Part shown: in pieces, positions 37,466 through 46,557 of the stretch | Layout: every line of letters starts with the position of its first letter | Position numbering within the stretch: the stretch's first letter is position 1 | Source: Candidatus Microgenomates bacterium | Lineage (GTDB): Bacteria > Patescibacteriota > Microgenomatia > UBA8517 | DNA: 49,179 bases | NCBI GenBank assembly: GCA_049523135.1 | Contig: JBEKNE010000001.1 | Location: forward strand, 717,234 to 766,412 | Direction: 5' to 3' | Notes under the pieces: model-generated | The model's input: only the letters and a program-made list of their open reading frames with translations | Told to the model about the DNA's origin: nothing | Databases searched by the model: none | Made by a program: the position numbers and the translations under genes

Positions 37466-38785
37466 TTATGCAGTCTTGAGGGTGTCCAAAAACTCATCAT
37501 TAGTTTCAGTTTTAGCAAGTCTATCAATAAGAGTCAGAGTCTTCTCGTCATCATTCATTAAATCAATCATCCTTCTTAAAGTATTAACTTTCCTCAATTT
37601 TTCCATTCCAAAAAGAAGTTCGTCCTGCCTGGTTCCGCTTTTTTCAATATCAATTGCCGGGAAAATTCTCTTATCTGAAAGTTTTCTATCAAGGTGAAGT
37701 TCCATATTTCCGGTTCCCTTGAATTCCTCATAAATTAGATCGTCCATTCGGCTCCCCGTATCCACCAAGCATGTTCCGATAATGGTTAGGGATCCCCCGC
37801 CTTCAATATTTCTGGCTGCGCCAAAGAATTTCTTGGCAGGGAAAAGAGCCATCGGGTCAAATCCTCCGGAAAGTGTACGACCTGAAGTAGGAAGGGCCAA
37901 ATTGTAGGCTCTAGCCATTCTGGTAATGGAATCAAGGACAATTACAACATGATTTCCCATTTCGACAAGACGACGAGCACGCTCGAGAGCCAATTCTCCC
38001 ACTCTGGTTTGATCCTGCGGAGCTTCATCAAAATTGCTGGCGGCAACTTCCCCCATCTTATCGCTGACAGTATCCATGGTTCTAATAATATCGGTAACCT
38101 CTTCAGGGCGCTCCCCGATAAGAACCGCCATAACATGAACTTTTCTATTCTTTCCTTTACCTTTTTCAGGATAATTGCCAGCAATTCCTTTAATAATATC
38201 TTTTACAAGCCAGGTTTTACCGGCTTTGGGCGGAGAAACGATTAATGCCCTTTGTCCAAAACCAATTGGGGCGATCAAATCTATCATTCGGGTAGTTAAT
38301 GTATCTTTGTCTGTCGAAAGGATAATCTGTGCATCAGGGTAAACTGCGATCATATCGTCGAAATTTGGCCTTGCACCAACTGACTCAACAGGTTCACCGT
38401 TAATTTTTTCAACCTTCAAAAGTCCCCAATATCTCTCATTTTCTTTTGGACGACGCGCCTGGCCGCCAATCATATCCCCCACGCGAAGGTTGAATCTTCT
38501 AATTTGGGATGCCGAAATATAAACATCGTGGTCGCTTGGAGCAAATCTTTGAGGCCGGAGCAGTCCGCTCCCCTCATTGGCAATATCAAGTACCCCCTCT
38601 ACATAGTCCGTAGGAAGCCCCGCGTCAGGGATCATCCTGTCATCAACCACCAATGTTCCTTGGGGCTTTTCCTCAATTGTTACGGGAGCCGGAGGAAGGT
38701 TTCCTGCATCAACCGGGAAACCGATCAAATCGGATAAATCAGCTTTCTGGGTAGGTTCTTTTGTGGTAACAGACTTTCTAGGCAT
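37466..38785 (-). CDS. rho: Transcription termination factor Rho
   Basis: DVYISASQIRRFNLR, GFGQRALIVSPPKAGKT, LIGERPEEVTD, LDSITRMARAYN, EEFKGTGNMELHL. Confidence 0.97.
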   Translation of the reverse strand: MPRKSVTTKEPTQKADLSDLIGFPVDAGNLPPAPVTIEEKPQGTLVVDDRMIPDAGLPTDYVEGVLDIANEGSGLLRPQRFAPSDHDVYISASQIRRFNLRVGDMIGGQARRPKENERYWGLLKVEKINGEPVESVGARPNFDDMIAVYPDAQIILSTDKDTLTTRMIDLIAPIGFGQRALIVSPPKAGKTWLVKDIIKGIAGNYPEKGKGKNRKVHVMAVLIGERPEEVTDIIRTMDTVSDKMGEVAASNFDEAPQDQTRVGELALERARRLVEMGNHVVIVLDSITRMARAYNLALPTSGRTLSGGFDPMALFPAKKFFGAARNIEGGGSLTIIGTCLVDTGSRMDDLIYEEFKGTGNMELHLDRKLSDKRIFPAIDIEKSGTRQDELLFGMEKLRKVNTLRRMIDLMNDDEKTLTLIDRLAKTETNDEFLDTLKTA

Positions 38786-38879
38786 ATAAACAATCTAAAA
38801 TTAACAATCTACAATTTTGAATCAAATTAAATACATACTTTTCGGGAAACTCGAAGCTAAATCAACGCAAGACAGTATC

Positions 38880-38907
38880 AGTATAGTCAAATTCAGGCTT
38901 TTGTCAA
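38880..38907 (-). promoter_or_regulatory. rho promoter TTGACA-N16-TATACT
   Basis: TTGACA 38907-38902, TATACT 38885-38880, about 95 nt upstream of the rho start. Confidence 0.65.
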
Positions 38908-38937
38908 CACCTTGCTTTATACCCTTTAAGAAAATCC

Positions 38938-38972
38938 GGGGCGGAATTAAGAAAAATATTTCATTCCGCCCC
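38938..38972. terminator. GC-rich hairpin downstream of the 38988-39350 ORF
   Basis: GGGGCGGAAT / ATTCCGCCCC 10-bp inverted repeat. Confidence 0.5.
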
Positions 38973-38987
38973 TTCGTGCGCCCAAAC

Positions 38988-39350
38988 TCAATACAATTCC
39001 ATCATGTTGCCGGCACTTATTATATTCTTGGCAATTTCGCTCTGGGACTTTTTCAAAAAGTCTATGTAATCCATCCATCTGACTCCAGGAACTTTGGGCA
39101 GCTCATTTACAATGACAGCATACAAGCGATATTGGAAATTGTTATCAGGCTTATAGCTGACACTGTAACGAACACCCTGGTCGTAGTTGATATAAAGCAA
39201 AAAATAATCATCTTTGCTTCTGCTTTTAAGCAGACTTTTTAAATTATTTTCTGCCTCCGGCAACTTCCGAGAATCTTGGACATCTTTTACTGCAACAAAG
39301 GCTCTTCCTTCCGGAATAACACAAACAAAAAAGTCGGTTGGCTTTGGCAT
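38988..39350 (-). CDS. Hypothetical protein (120 aa)
   Basis: ATG 5 nt after GGAGG; globular composition; no recognised motif. Confidence 0.65.
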   Translation of the reverse strand: MPKPTDFFVCVIPEGRAFVAVKDVQDSRKLPEAENNLKSLLKSRSKDDYFLLYINYDQGVRYSVSYKPDNNFQYRLYAVIVNELPKVPGVRWMDYIDFLKKSQSEIAKNIISAGNMMELY

Positions 39351-39503
39351 TAAAACCTCCTCTTATTTACTTAAAATTTTGGGGTTTGGGCGCCTCTTAA
39401 AAGGCGTAAATTATTGAATTTATTAAAGGACAAGCTTCCCTGTTAACTGATGAGCGGCAATCTTACTAAATCTGAAACCGGAAGTCAAATTATGGGATAG
39501 TGA

Positions 39504-40244
39504 CTAATTATCTGTCTCGCCCGTTGGTGTTACATCAGAAACTGTTCCTAACGGTCTGGCCACAACGATAAGCCTGTTCCAAGAAGTTCCCGGCGGATCG
39601 CAGGTTTGCAAGATAAGTCTTTCCCCGCTTCCGTCATCAGTTAGCCAGGATGTATCGGAAGCCGAAGTCACAAATTTATCCGTAACCACATAGTCGTACT
39701 CCTGATTCATAAAATAGATAACTACCCTGTCCCCTTTTTCAAGTTTTCCGAGTAGATAAAAAACAGCATTATAGCGGGTAATATTTATCGGAGAATCTGT
39801 CGAATGGGAGAATAAATATATTGTTTTACCCCGCCCGGGGAAATTTGTACCCTTGGCATGTGCCACCCCCTCGGAAAGGGCCTTCAAATAATCGGTTGGG
39901 TTACCGGGATCAACATTTGGAATTATGTTTGCTTTGGCGTCAATTTTAGGAATAAAAATAGAAAAATAGGGGTCAAGACCAAGCTCCTCGGCCTGAGACT
40001 TACCGATTGTCTCTGTAAACTTACTGAAATCTTCCTGTTGCTTTGAGCCAAATCTGTACAAAAATTCCTCCTTGGCTATTGGCCAGAAACTGAAAAGTAT
40101 TCCAAGGAAGGCAAAAGCGACAAGCCCCGCGCCGAATGTCCGGAGAAAATGATAACTCAATTTCTTTATTAACGGTGGCCGAAGGGAAACTTCCCGAGAA
40201 GAATTTTCTTTTCCCGACTGATAAATTATACCGTGCGGATACAT
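39504..40244 (-). CDS. Sortase
   Basis: TM anchor; IFIPKID, GVAHAKGT..PG, LFSHS, LILQTCDPPGTSWNRLIVVA (His, TLxTC-like, Arg). Confidence 0.9.
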   Translation of the reverse strand: MYPHGIIYQSGKENSSREVSLRPPLIKKLSYHFLRTFGAGLVAFAFLGILFSFWPIAKEEFLYRFGSKQQEDFSKFTETIGKSQAEELGLDPYFSIFIPKIDAKANIIPNVDPGNPTDYLKALSEGVAHAKGTNFPGRGKTIYLFSHSTDSPINITRYNAVFYLLGKLEKGDRVVIYFMNQEYDYVVTDKFVTSASDTSWLTDDGSGERLILQTCDPPGTSWNRLIVVARPLGTVSDVTPTGETDN

Positions 40245-40252
40245 AAATAATT

Positions 40253-41227
40253 CTAAACCAACTCAAATTTTTTGAAGAGATAAAATCCTATACCCATTAT
40301 TCCGGAAAGGCTGGCTATTAAACCAAGTGTGTCGGAACCTGTCTTTGGCAAATTGGGAGGAGCCGACGCACCAAGAACCTGAGGAGGTGTGGGGGTCGGG
40401 GTTGAAGTAGATCCACAGCCGCAACCGGAATCATCCGGACAGCTTGGATTTCTGCAGTAGCCATTGTAGCAGAAGTATCCACCCTGACAATTGTAATTAC
40501 TGCCGCAGGTTCCGTTACACCAATTTGGTGTGGTGGTGGGTGTCTCGGTTGGCGTGCAGGTCGGAGTAGGAGTCGGTGTTTCCGTCGGCGTAGCAGTAGG
40601 AGTAGCTGTTGGGGTTACTGTAGACGTAGGCGTAGGTGTGGGTGTGGGAGTGGGTGTTTGAGACGGTGTAGGTGTCGGATTTGATTTTCCACAACTGGAA
40701 TCCGGAGTGCAGGACTTCTCCCTGTATTCACAAGTTGTATTGCTTATGCAGTACGGGTAAGTATCACAAAAGTGATTGGCAGAACACCTATTCCCTGTCT
40801 GAGAGGCAGGAATTCCCTGGCAAGAAGAGTTTGAATAACCTTTATCTCCGTGGTAGATTGTGCATCTTTCCCAAACTCCACCTATTTGCTCACAATCTGT
40901 TGTTGTATTATCCGGAATACAGGAATCTGTTGACGTTCCGCCACCATTAGAGCCTGTGCAATCCACATAATGATCAATTTTCCAGCCGTACTCCGAACAA
41001 CTTGAATCATTTGTCGCTACACACTTGGCAACCCAACACTGACTGACACCGTTAACATTCTTTGTGGCTCCGTCGGAAGTACAAACATCAGGGCAATAAG
41101 AAGGATATGTGGAGGCTTTGGATATGCCTACTTTGAAATAACCGCTTAATTTACTGGCAAAAATAATTAAAACAAATAAAGATACTGTGAAGATAAACAA
41201 ACCCGCTTTTAGAAACTTAATTTTCAT
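40253..41227 (-). CDS. Cys-rich secreted protein with Pro-Thr linker and LPXTG sorting signal
   Basis: Signal peptide MKIKFLKAGLFIF (ATG 41227); Cys clusters; (PT)n; LPKTG + hydrophobic stretch + KK tail. Confidence 0.85.
   Translation of the reverse strand: MKIKFLKAGLFIFTVSLFVLIIFASKLSGYFKVGISKASTYPSYCPDVCTSDGATKNVNGVSQCWVAKCVATNDSSCSEYGWKIDHYVDCTGSNGGGTSTDSCIPDNTTTDCEQIGGVWERCTIYHGDKGYSNSSCQGIPASQTGNRCSANHFCDTYPYCISNTTCEYREKSCTPDSSCGKSNPTPTPSQTPTPTPTPTPTSTVTPTATPTATPTETPTPTPTCTPTETPTTTPNWCNGTCGSNYNCQGGYFCYNGYCRNPSCPDDSGCGCGSTSTPTPTPPQVLGASAPPNLPKTGSDTLGLIASLSGIMGIGFYLFKKFELV
40528..40680 (-). repeat. Pro-Thr low-complexity linker
   Basis: PTPTPSQTPTPTPTPTPTSTVTPTATPTATPTETPTPTPTCTPTETPTTTP. 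Confidence 0.9.
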
Positions 41228-41290
41228 CAAATTCTCGGCGGCAGAACCTGACTGCAGGATATAGTAATAAAAAAAACTTGTCAACTGACG

Positions 41291-41383
41291 AAAAAAAACG
41301 CGCCCACTTCTAAACTCAAGGAGCGGGTAGATCCCCTGCCCTAGAATCCACCCGTCCCTCAAATCTAGAAATAAAGCGCGTTT
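41291..41383 (-). ncRNA. Long imperfect hairpin followed by a U-run (terminator or small RNA)
   Basis: AAACGCGC/GCGCGTTT outer stem and a 10-bp inner stem whose mismatches are G:U only on the minus strand; 8-T run. Confidence 0.45.
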
Positions 41384-41429
41384 CTCAAAGGGGCTTGACA
41401 ATGCCCTTTAATCGTTTTAGTCTGATTAC

Positions 41430-41596
41430 GATTTGTCTTGAGCAAGTTTGTTGCAAAATGACCTGTCCACAAGACAAATCTCCTGTACGAAGTACTTGAA
41501 AATTTACTTCGTTATAGTTTTGAAAGAGCATCTCTACTCGTGGCGAGTCCCACTAGAAATTAGAGGAGAACCCAACGATGGCGATGCTCTTTTTTT
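41430..41596 (+). ncRNA. Candidate small RNA with own promoter and terminator
   Basis: TTGACA(41395-41400)-N17-TAGTCT(41418-41423); three perfect stems of 11, 8 and 10 bp; T-run 41590-41596. Confidence 0.5.
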
Positions 41597-41790
41597 GTGC
41601 TTCAAGCACTTGATTTCAAGGTTCAAGAAAAGTGTATCATTCCTTGTCAAGTCTGTCAAACCCCATAACTTATTATTACTATAAAATACATTCCCCTATA
41701 GTTAAAAATATTGAACTTAATCCCATATTTTCGGACAATAAATTTCCCCAAAAATAAATGTGGATAAGTTGTGAGTATAACCCAAAAAAT

Positions 41791-43116
41791 CTACTTGAAG
41801 AGTTGTTTAATCGCCTGGCTTACAAATTTAGCTTCCTTTGAACTTATCGATACCGTAAATCCAAGTCTTTTTGCTTCCTTCATTCTTTTTTCTTGTGCTA
41901 CCACTTCCCTAACTTCTCCCAAGAGCCCAACTTCCCCTACTGCAATAACCTTTCCGGAAATCGGCTTGTCAAAATAAGCTGAAGCTATAGCAAGACAAAC
42001 CGCCAGATCGCTTGCCGGCTCGGTAACTTTCAGCCCCCCGGCAATATTTACAAATACATCCTGTTCGTACAAAGGAAGGCCGCAGCGTCTGGTTAAAACA
42101 GCCAAAAGCATTTCAAGCCTTCTTGAATCAACTCCCTGGGCAACACGCCTCGGAATCATAAGTTTCGTAGGCACAACAAGAGCTTGGATTTCAACAAGGA
42201 TTGGGCGCGTTCCCTGCATAATTGAAGTAACGACACTTCCGGCAACGGATTTTTTACTCTGTTCAAGAAAGGCTCTTTGAATATCAGTAACAGGAATTAG
42301 TCCCCTATCCTGCATATCAAAAACTCCCACTTCATCGGTTGGTCCGAACCTGTTTTTGACAGCACGAAGCACGCGGGTTGTCAGGGTTTTATCCCCTTCA
42401 AACCATAAAACCGTGTCAACTATGTGGGCCAAGACCGCGGGGCCCGCTACAGTTCCCTCTTTAGTTACATGCCCGACCAAAAACAAAGGAATATTTTTGT
42501 TTTTAGCCTTGTGCAGTAAACGATTCGCACATTCCCGAACCTGTCCAATACTCCCCGCCATGCCGGAAAGATCCTCTGTAGTCATTGTTTGAATAGAATC
42601 GACAATAATAGCCTGCAAAGTTTTCCCCTGCATCGAATCAATGGTTTCGATAACCGAATCAACATCCGTTTCCTCAAGAAGATTTATATTATTTTTTTTA
42701 ATCCCGAGCCTGTCGGCACGAACTTTAACTTGGCTTGCGGATTCCTCACCACAAACATAAAGAACTATGCCTAGAGTTTCCGAGATTTGAGTTAAAAGCG
42801 TGGATTTACCAATTCCGGGTTCTCCGGCTATAAGAACCACCTGCCCCGGTACCAGTCCCCCGCCAAGCACCCTATCAAGTTCCGAGATTTTAGTAGAAAT
42901 CCTTTTTACGGTGGCTTGTTTTATCTCGGAAAGTTTAATTGGTTTGGCCCCCTGAAGGTTACCCGATTTAGAGTTTTTGGTGCGGTTACCAATGCCTGAA
43001 GTTTGTTCAACTGTTTCCACCATGCTATTCCATGTTCCGCACTCGGGGCATTTTCCCATCCATCCCGTACTCTCATATCCGCACTGCTGGCAAACATATT
43101 TGGAGTGAAAGGCCAT
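41791..43116 (-). CDS. radA: DNA repair protein RadA/Sms
   Basis: CQQC...CPEC zinc finger, GEPGIGKSTLL, IVDSIQT, GHVTKEG, KNRFG, Lon-like C-terminus. Confidence 0.97.
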   Translation of the reverse strand: MAFHSKYVCQQCGYESTGWMGKCPECGTWNSMVETVEQTSGIGNRTKNSKSGNLQGAKPIKLSEIKQATVKRISTKISELDRVLGGGLVPGQVVLIAGEPGIGKSTLLTQISETLGIVLYVCGEESASQVKVRADRLGIKKNNINLLEETDVDSVIETIDSMQGKTLQAIIVDSIQTMTTEDLSGMAGSIGQVRECANRLLHKAKNKNIPLFLVGHVTKEGTVAGPAVLAHIVDTVLWFEGDKTLTTRVLRAVKNRFGPTDEVGVFDMQDRGLIPVTDIQRAFLEQSKKSVAGSVVTSIMQGTRPILVEIQALVVPTKLMIPRRVAQGVDSRRLEMLLAVLTRRCGLPLYEQDVFVNIAGGLKVTEPASDLAVCLAIASAYFDKPISGKVIAVGEVGLLGEVREVVAQEKRMKEAKRLGFTVSISSKEAKFVSQAIKQLFK

Positions 43117-43240
43117 AGCTACTGATACACTGAAAAATAGATACAGTCAACCGCCTTTTTGGTTCGAATTTTCCCCTATCTGATATAATACGCCAGCGTG
43201 TTTGTTCTTTGACATAATTATAAAAATCTCTCGGGAAAGG

Positions 43241-44356
43241 ATGCGTCAAATGATCAAAAAATTCTTTGGAAGGACAAACCACCCCGTAATCACTCTATTG
43301 CTGTTGGTGTTTGTGGTGGTATTACTGTACTGGGATAGTTCCAATATCAGCAAGATAATATCTTATGACTTGAATAACCGGTCTGTGCAACCCCCCGCAC
43401 TTCCAACTGCAATTCCTCTGACAGGGACACCGTTTGACTATTGTGTAGTTAATAAAGATACGGGGCTGTCTTATCAAGCCAATGCAGGAACTCCTGTTGC
43501 AGCATCTCCCGTGCCTTTCAACACCCCTGTTCCGGAAACATTGGAAACTGTAAGTGCCACTACTTTAGCCGAACAGTCCGCCCAATCGGCAGAAGCTACA
43601 ACTTTACCCTCGCCAACTGAAAACACCACTTCCATTCTTACATTTAATCCGGATGTGGTAAACGTCGATCAATTTAAAGCGGATAACTTCCATGTTATAT
43701 TTATTGGAGTTGGCTTCGATAAGGAAACAAACCAAGAGATATTGGAAAACACCATCAAGGAGGTACAACTGGGGTTTAGCGGCATCAGGATTGATTTCGC
43801 TTATGTCAAAAATCCACTGACAATCAAATTGTCCCACGTAGCTCAAATGGCCGATTTTGACAACATTATCGATTTCATAACCCTAACTGCCAAGATCAAA
43901 TCTGTTCATCCGACTGACGGTATAATCCTGCTTCTGAACACTGACGAGTACATAGGCGACACAGGGATAAATTCCTCTGGTACAGATTATGCATTCGTAT
44001 CCGGAAATGATCCCTATGTTATATTTTCCACAACCCACGAGATTGGGCACCAGTTGGGCCTTGGAGATGGATATAACCAATACCTCGCCGATCAGATTCC
44101 GAACAGTGAATTATTCTACGCCGACAGCATGCCAGATTTTTTGGCAAGATCTCTAGATGAACTTGGATACATACCACCTCTTTACGAGGCAGGTACTTGC
44201 AACAGCAAGAAGATTTATACCTTTTACGAAAGTAGCAACAACATAATGGGGAATTACAACCCGCAAGGTCCAAGCTCATGGGGAGATTCCGTTTTTACAC
44301 CGCTGCAAATCCAGATCATGAATGATCACGTTAAACAATTGAAAGGGGGGAATTAG
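43241..44356 (+). CDS. Membrane-anchored metzincin-type zinc peptidase (M64-like)
   Basis: TM, Pro/Thr linker, HEIGHQLGLGD (HExxHxxGxxD), NIMG Met-turn; start 43241 or 43250. Confidence 0.75.
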   Translation: MRQMIKKFFGRTNHPVITLLLLVFVVVLLYWDSSNISKIISYDLNNRSVQPPALPTAIPLTGTPFDYCVVNKDTGLSYQANAGTPVAASPVPFNTPVPETLETVSATTLAEQSAQSAEATTLPSPTENTTSILTFNPDVVNVDQFKADNFHVIFIGVGFDKETNQEILENTIKEVQLGFSGIRIDFAYVKNPLTIKLSHVAQMADFDNIIDFITLTAKIKSVHPTDGIILLLNTDEYIGDTGINSSGTDYAFVSGNDPYVIFSTTHEIGHQLGLGDGYNQYLADQIPNSELFYADSMPDFLARSLDELGYIPPLYEAGTCNSKKIYTFYESSNNIMGNYNPQGPSSWGDSVFTPLQIQIMNDHVKQLKGGN

Positions 44357-44375
44357 TCTCAAAGCAAACACGCAC

Positions 44376-44413
44376 GGGCAGGGCCACAAAAACAATACTT
44401 TTGTGGCCCGCCC
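44376..44413. terminator. Hairpin between convergent genes
   Basis: GGGCCACAAAA / TTTTGTGGCCC 11-bp stem, extended by GGGC/GCCC. Confidence 0.7.
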
Positions 44414-44437
44414 AAGATTTTTCAAAAACGAAGCTTT

Positions 44438-45538
44438 TTATTTGTACCCCACAGGAACTGAAGTCAGAACCAATCCCAAAGCAATCCTTTTATCTTTTTT
44501 ATTAACTTCTTCAATTGTGCACTTAACTTCCTGCCCAACCGCAAGTTTCAGAGTCGGAGGAATCTGAGTAATATGGATTAGGCCCTCAACTCCGGGTGCA
44601 AGCTCAATAAAGGCTCCAAAATCACTTATCCTGACAACTTTGCCCGTAACTTTGTCTTCCGCTTTAAATTTCTTTTCAACTTCTGCCCAAGGATCTTCCA
44701 TCGCTTGCTTAACCGAAAGGGCCAGTTTGCCTTCGTGTGCCGCCAAGACTTTAACCTTAATCTTATCTCCTTCTTTTATAACATCGCTGGGAAGATTAAC
44801 CCTGCTAAAGGAAAGTTCGGAAACGTGCACCAAACCCTCTACCGCAGCTTTCTCTTTTTTGACGGGAATTTCAATCTTTACGAAAGCTCCAAATGGAGCA
44901 ACTGTTGTGACAATGCCTTCATAGATATCTCCCTCTTTAATCTTTTTCAAAGCTTCCTTAATTAGAGCAATATCTCCTGCTTCCGAGATTTCTTTCTCGG
45001 AAAGAACAATCTTTTTACCCGATTTGTCTACTTCCATAACCTTGGCTTTGAAGTACTTTCCGACCAAATTTTGAGGATTCTTGACAATTTCGCGCCCCAA
45101 TTGAGACATAGGAATGAAGCCCTCAATGCCAAGAACATCAACAACAAAGCCGGAAGTGCTGGCTCCTTTACCCAAAACAGGAACTTCGACGCCCTCTTTC
45201 TTGGCTTCCTCAAGGCGCGTCCAGGCAACATCCTTCATCGCATCTTTAAGTCCCAGCACAATTGTTCCGTCGCGGGATTCCGGCACCAAAATAGTTGCCA
45301 TAACTTTATCCCCGATTTTGAGGCCTTCTATAAACTCCTTCGCGTCTGTGTAGCCTTTTTCCTTGACAAGCCCTTCACTTTTTCCGCCGATGTCAAAGAC
45401 GACTAAGGAATCCGAAATGGACAGAACTTTAGCCTCAATTCTTTGACCTTTGGTGAATGTTTGTGCCTTGAATTTGGCGCGAGCAAGAAGCTCAGCCATC
45501 GTCGGCTCTTTTTTAGATGAAGATGTTTTTGTAGTCAC
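44438..45538 (-). CDS. rpsA: Ribosomal protein S1 (four S1 domains)
   Basis: Four OB repeats, e.g. EGIVTTVAPFGAFV...EGLVHVSELS and GKVVRISDFGAFIEL...EGLIHITQI; GTG start. Confidence 0.88.
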   Translation of the reverse strand: MTTKTSSSKKEPTMAELLARAKFKAQTFTKGQRIEAKVLSISDSLVVFDIGGKSEGLVKEKGYTDAKEFIEGLKIGDKVMATILVPESRDGTIVLGLKDAMKDVAWTRLEEAKKEGVEVPVLGKGASTSGFVVDVLGIEGFIPMSQLGREIVKNPQNLVGKYFKAKVMEVDKSGKKIVLSEKEISEAGDIALIKEALKKIKEGDIYEGIVTTVAPFGAFVKIEIPVKKEKAAVEGLVHVSELSFSRVNLPSDVIKEGDKIKVKVLAAHEGKLALSVKQAMEDPWAEVEKKFKAEDKVTGKVVRISDFGAFIELAPGVEGLIHITQIPPTLKLAVGQEVKCTIEEVNKKDKRIALGLVLTSVPVGYK

Positions 45539-45566
45539 TATTCATTTGTCCTTTCTTTATACTCTC

Positions 45567-45613
45567 TCCCTCGCGGGATATGGTATTTTATCGCAAATTG
45601 AGAAAATTGACAA
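45567..45613 (-). promoter_or_regulatory. S1 promoter TTGTCA-N17-TAAAAT with a 5' GNRA hairpin
   Basis: -35 45613-45608, -10 45590-45585; TCCC-GCGA-GGGA hairpin 45578-45567. Confidence 0.65.
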
Positions 45614-45722
45614 GCACGAGCTTTGATTCCTCTGCTTACAAGCACAGTAATATGTCATTTCTTGCTTCTCCAAGAAATTGACAAAAGAAGAGCCCCACGA
45701 TAATTTATTAGGTTGCGTTTTT

Positions 45723-45989
45723 GTTCATTCATACTTTGTTTTCAAACTCCCTTCGTGTGCGCTCGGTCGGACTATTCAAACCTTTTAAATGTATTCATTC
45801 ACAAAAACCCAAGTCTAAAAATTAAGTGGGTTCCCATCAATCCCATCTGAATACGCCCCGTATTTGGACATTCTTAAAACCCACTCTGGCTCTTTTGGCC
45901 TGGAATGAAGTGAGAGAATTCCTCTTAAAAACAAAAGATGTCTGACGAGGGTTAAACCCGAAGGAGTTCTTTTGTATTAATGAACGAAC
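45723..45989 (+). ncRNA. Candidate structured RNA or leader
   Basis: Nested long-range stems (see findings); upstream TTGACA(45678-45683)-N17-TAATTT. Confidence 0.45.
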
Positions 45990-46165
45990 GAAATGACTGG
46001 CTAAAAGGCCACGTGGAGTCCTTTCTTTCCATATATTCTTTGGACGAGCAAAGAATATATGATAAACGTGTTCTTGGAAAAAGCAAAGAAAAATCGCCTG
46101 TCAGGTTCAAAAAACAAACCTTCAACAGGCGATTAACTCCAATTCTCACTTTTTACTTCCTTTAT

Positions 46166-46357
46166 CTATTTGGTTGTCCATCTTGTAATTTTCGGGCGGA
46201 TAATATATATCCATGTCAAGGTTAGACCGGCCAGTATCAGAGCTACTCCAACAATTCTTGACCAAAGATACACTGACCAAAAATATATTACGAGAAAACC
46301 GCCGACAATCATTATCAAGATTACAATCAAGGTTCGAACCATGTCTCGATTCTTCAT
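46166..46357 (-). CDS. Small two-TM membrane protein
   Basis: 63 aa; AAGGAGG SD; paralogous to 46354-46557. Confidence 0.7.
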   Translation of the reverse strand: MKNRDMVRTLIVILIMIVGGFLVIYFWSVYLWSRIVGVALILAGLTLTWIYIIRPKITRWTTK

Positions 46358-46557
46358 TTTTCCTCCTTTTTGGAAAACTTATCTATCAGGTTACCTACCC
46401 ATCTTATGGTTTTTGGGTAGATAACGGTTACCCAAGGAAAGGCGGCGCCGATAAACATTATTGTTAATCCGATGCCTGTTGACCAAAAATGTACAACAAG
46501 AAAGCCGCCTAAAAGTAGCACTATGGTTATGATAGTAACCAAGTTTTGGGCTCTCAT
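46354..46557 (-). CDS. Small two-TM membrane protein
   Basis: 67 aa from ATG 46557; AAGGAGG SD; ATGA overlaps at both ends. Confidence 0.72.
   Translation of the reverse strand: MRAQNLVTIITIVLLLGGFLVVHFWSTGIGLTIMFIGAAFPWVTVIYPKTIRWVGNLIDKFSKKEEK

Noticed and set aside
38817-39242. 141-aa plus-strand ORF
   Set aside because: Overlaps the rho promoter, a hairpin and the SD-led minus-strand ORF; likely spurious.
39433-39500. Hammerhead-like CTGATGAG...GAAAC...GTC motif
   Set aside because: Stem II does not pair and stem I is not contiguous with the cleavage triplet.
41448-41684. 78-aa ORF across the structured region
   Set aside because: TTG start without initiation signal, no recognisable features, and it crosses a terminator-like U-run.
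45942-45964. Hammerhead core CTGACGA-stem-GAA
   Set aside because: GAAG instead of GAAA, and no compatible stem I/III with a UH site; the bases fit the larger fold better.
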